Source of the DNA: Bacillota bacterium
GTDB taxonomy: Bacteria > Bacillota > UBA994 > UBA5500
Direction: 5' to 3'
NCBI GenBank assembly: GCA_029781045.1
Contig: JAKOXL010000048.1
Span: 52,261 to 116,260, forward strand
Length of the DNA stretch: 64,000 bases
The notes under the pieces were generated by a model. That model saw only the letters and a program-made list of their open reading frames with translations, had not been told where the DNA came from and made no database searches. A program made the translations under genes and the position numbers. How positions within the stretch are numbered: the stretch's first letter is position 1; every line of letters begins with the position of its first letter. Below are positions 62,879 to 64,000 of the stretch, one piece after another.

Positions 62879-64000
62879 GTGATACCACTGAGTCTAAAAA
62901 GGACGCCTCTATACGCGCAGCACCTGGCCCACAACGCGAAGATGGTTGATTTCGCTGGCTGGGATATGCCCATCGAGTACACAGGGATTATTGCCGAACA
63001 TCATCAGGTGCGCAGAGCAGCTGGCCTCTTTGATGTTTCCCATATGGGAGAAATCCTAATAACCGGCTCGCAAGCCGAAGACATGGTGCAACTTCTGGTA
63101 ACCACCGACATTGCTAAACTACAAGATTGTCAAGTTGCCTACACCGTCATGTGCAACGAGAACGGCGGAGTTATAGACGACCTGCTAGTTTACAAATACT
63201 CCCGGCATAAGTTTTTGCTGGTTGTAAATGCTGCTAATACCCAGAAGGACTTGGACTGGATTAAGCAGCATAAAGTGCCCGACTGTGAAGTAGCCGATGT
63301 CTCTGAGCAACTTGCCGTCATCGCCATTCAAGGACCGAAGGCGGAAGAGATCTTACAACCCCTCTGTGCCACCGATTTGGGCGGTTTGAAGCTTTTCTGT
63401 TTTGATCCGACTAGCATCGTTGCCGGAAGACGGGCCCTTGTCTCCCGCACTGGGTACACTGGTGAACACGGTTTTGAGATTTATCTAGCGCCCGCAGATG
63501 CGGTCCATGTGTGGCAAGAGTTGCTTAGACAAGGCGGGTCCGAAATTGCCCCCGCCGGCCTCGGAGCCCGTGATACTTTACGCTTTGAAGCTAAACTGCC
63601 CCTTTATGGTCAAGAGCTGGGGCCTGATATCACACCGCTGGAAGCCGGCTTAGACTGGTGCGTTCATCTCCACAAGCCGGAGTTCATTGGGCAAGAGGCC
63701 TTGCAGCAGCAGGCAGCCAACGGCCCGAAACGCCTACTAGTGGAGTTCGAAATGCTGGAGCGCGGAATTCCTCGTAGCGGCTATCCGGTGCAAAAAAGCG
63801 GCCAAGAAATTGGGTATGTTACTACTGGCTATCACTCCCCCACTCTGAACAAGGCCATCGGCTTAGCCCTCATCGCTGCCGAGTTCGCCCAGCCGGGTGA
63901 AACCATCGATATAGTAGTTAGAAACCGCGCCATTCCCGCCCAGATCGGGCGAGGACTCTTCTATGTTCCGGCCTATCGCCGGCGTAAGAAATCCAAGAAG
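62879..64000 (+). CDS. gcvT: Glycine cleavage system T protein (aminomethyltransferase), truncated at the 3' end by the window
   Basis: [38 protein letters not shown]. The start is uncertain (GTG at 62879, CTG at 62888 or ATG at 62942). Confidence 0.85.
   Translation, partial: MIPLSLKRTPLYAQHLAHNAKMVDFAGWDMPIEYTGIIAEHHQVRRAAGLFDVSHMGEILITGSQAEDMVQLLVTTDIAKLQDCQVAYTVMCNENGGVIDDLLVYKYSRHKFLLVVNAANTQKDLDWIKQHKVPDCEVADVSEQLAVIAIQGPKAEEILQPLCATDLGGLKLFCFDPTSIVAGRRALVSRTGYTGEHGFEIYLAPADAVHVWQELLRQGGSEIAPAGLGARDTLRFEAKLPLYGQELGPDITPLEAGLDWCVHLHKPEFIGQEALQQQAANGPKRLLVEFEMLERGIPRSGYPVQKSGQEIGYVTTGYHSPTLNKAIGLALIAAEFAQPGETIDIVVRNRAIPAQIGRGLFYVPAYRRRKKSKK

Overview
This window is a 64-kb chromosomal segment from a GC-rich (about 55%) spore-forming Firmicute, by inference a Clostridia member (Peptococcaceae, Desulfotomaculum- or Pelotomaculum-like). 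About 90% of the genes sit on the minus strand, and nearly all are core housekeeping or sporulation genes. The order matches two classic Bacillus subtilis blocks that are fused here. The first block (1 to about 11 kb) is atpF-atpE-atpB-atpI-(atpZ), wecB, comEB, upp, glyA, ywlG, rpiB, ywlE, ywlC (tsaC), then divergent dinB. The second block (27 to 64 kb) is ftsH-hpt-tilS-spoIIE, tRNA-Met/Lys, yabR-divIC-yabQ-yabP, yabO-hbs-mazG-spoVB-spoVT-prsA-mfd-pth-ctc-prs-glmU-spoVG, then ispE, veg, a DUF458 gene, rsmA-tatD-metG with a Met T-box leader, divergent abrB, and a tandem glycine riboswitch driving gcvT, which is cut by the window end. Between the two blocks lie an ECF S-component, coaX, nadC, nadB and nadA in one orientation, an orphan membrane protein, and a six-gene histidine-fermentation operon, hutH-hutU-ftcD-hutI-cyclodeaminase-fhs. 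Four things depart from the Bacillus template: a cyanophycinase and cyanophycin synthetase pair (cphB-cphA) inserted between veg and ispE; a GntR regulator plus NTP-transferase where purR and yabJ would be; a SpoIID-like lipoprotein inserted between yabP and yabO; and a roughly 75-aa coiled-coil insertion inside the YwlE arginine phosphatase. The most unexplained signal is a family of intergenic repeat units of about 75 nt in three copies (9832-9910, 18165-18243, 11283-11352), two of them followed by near-identical GGGCTGT..ACAGCCC terminator hairpins, which could be a small RNA or MITE-like family. I found no CRISPR array, integrase, transposase, prophage or recognisable defence system.
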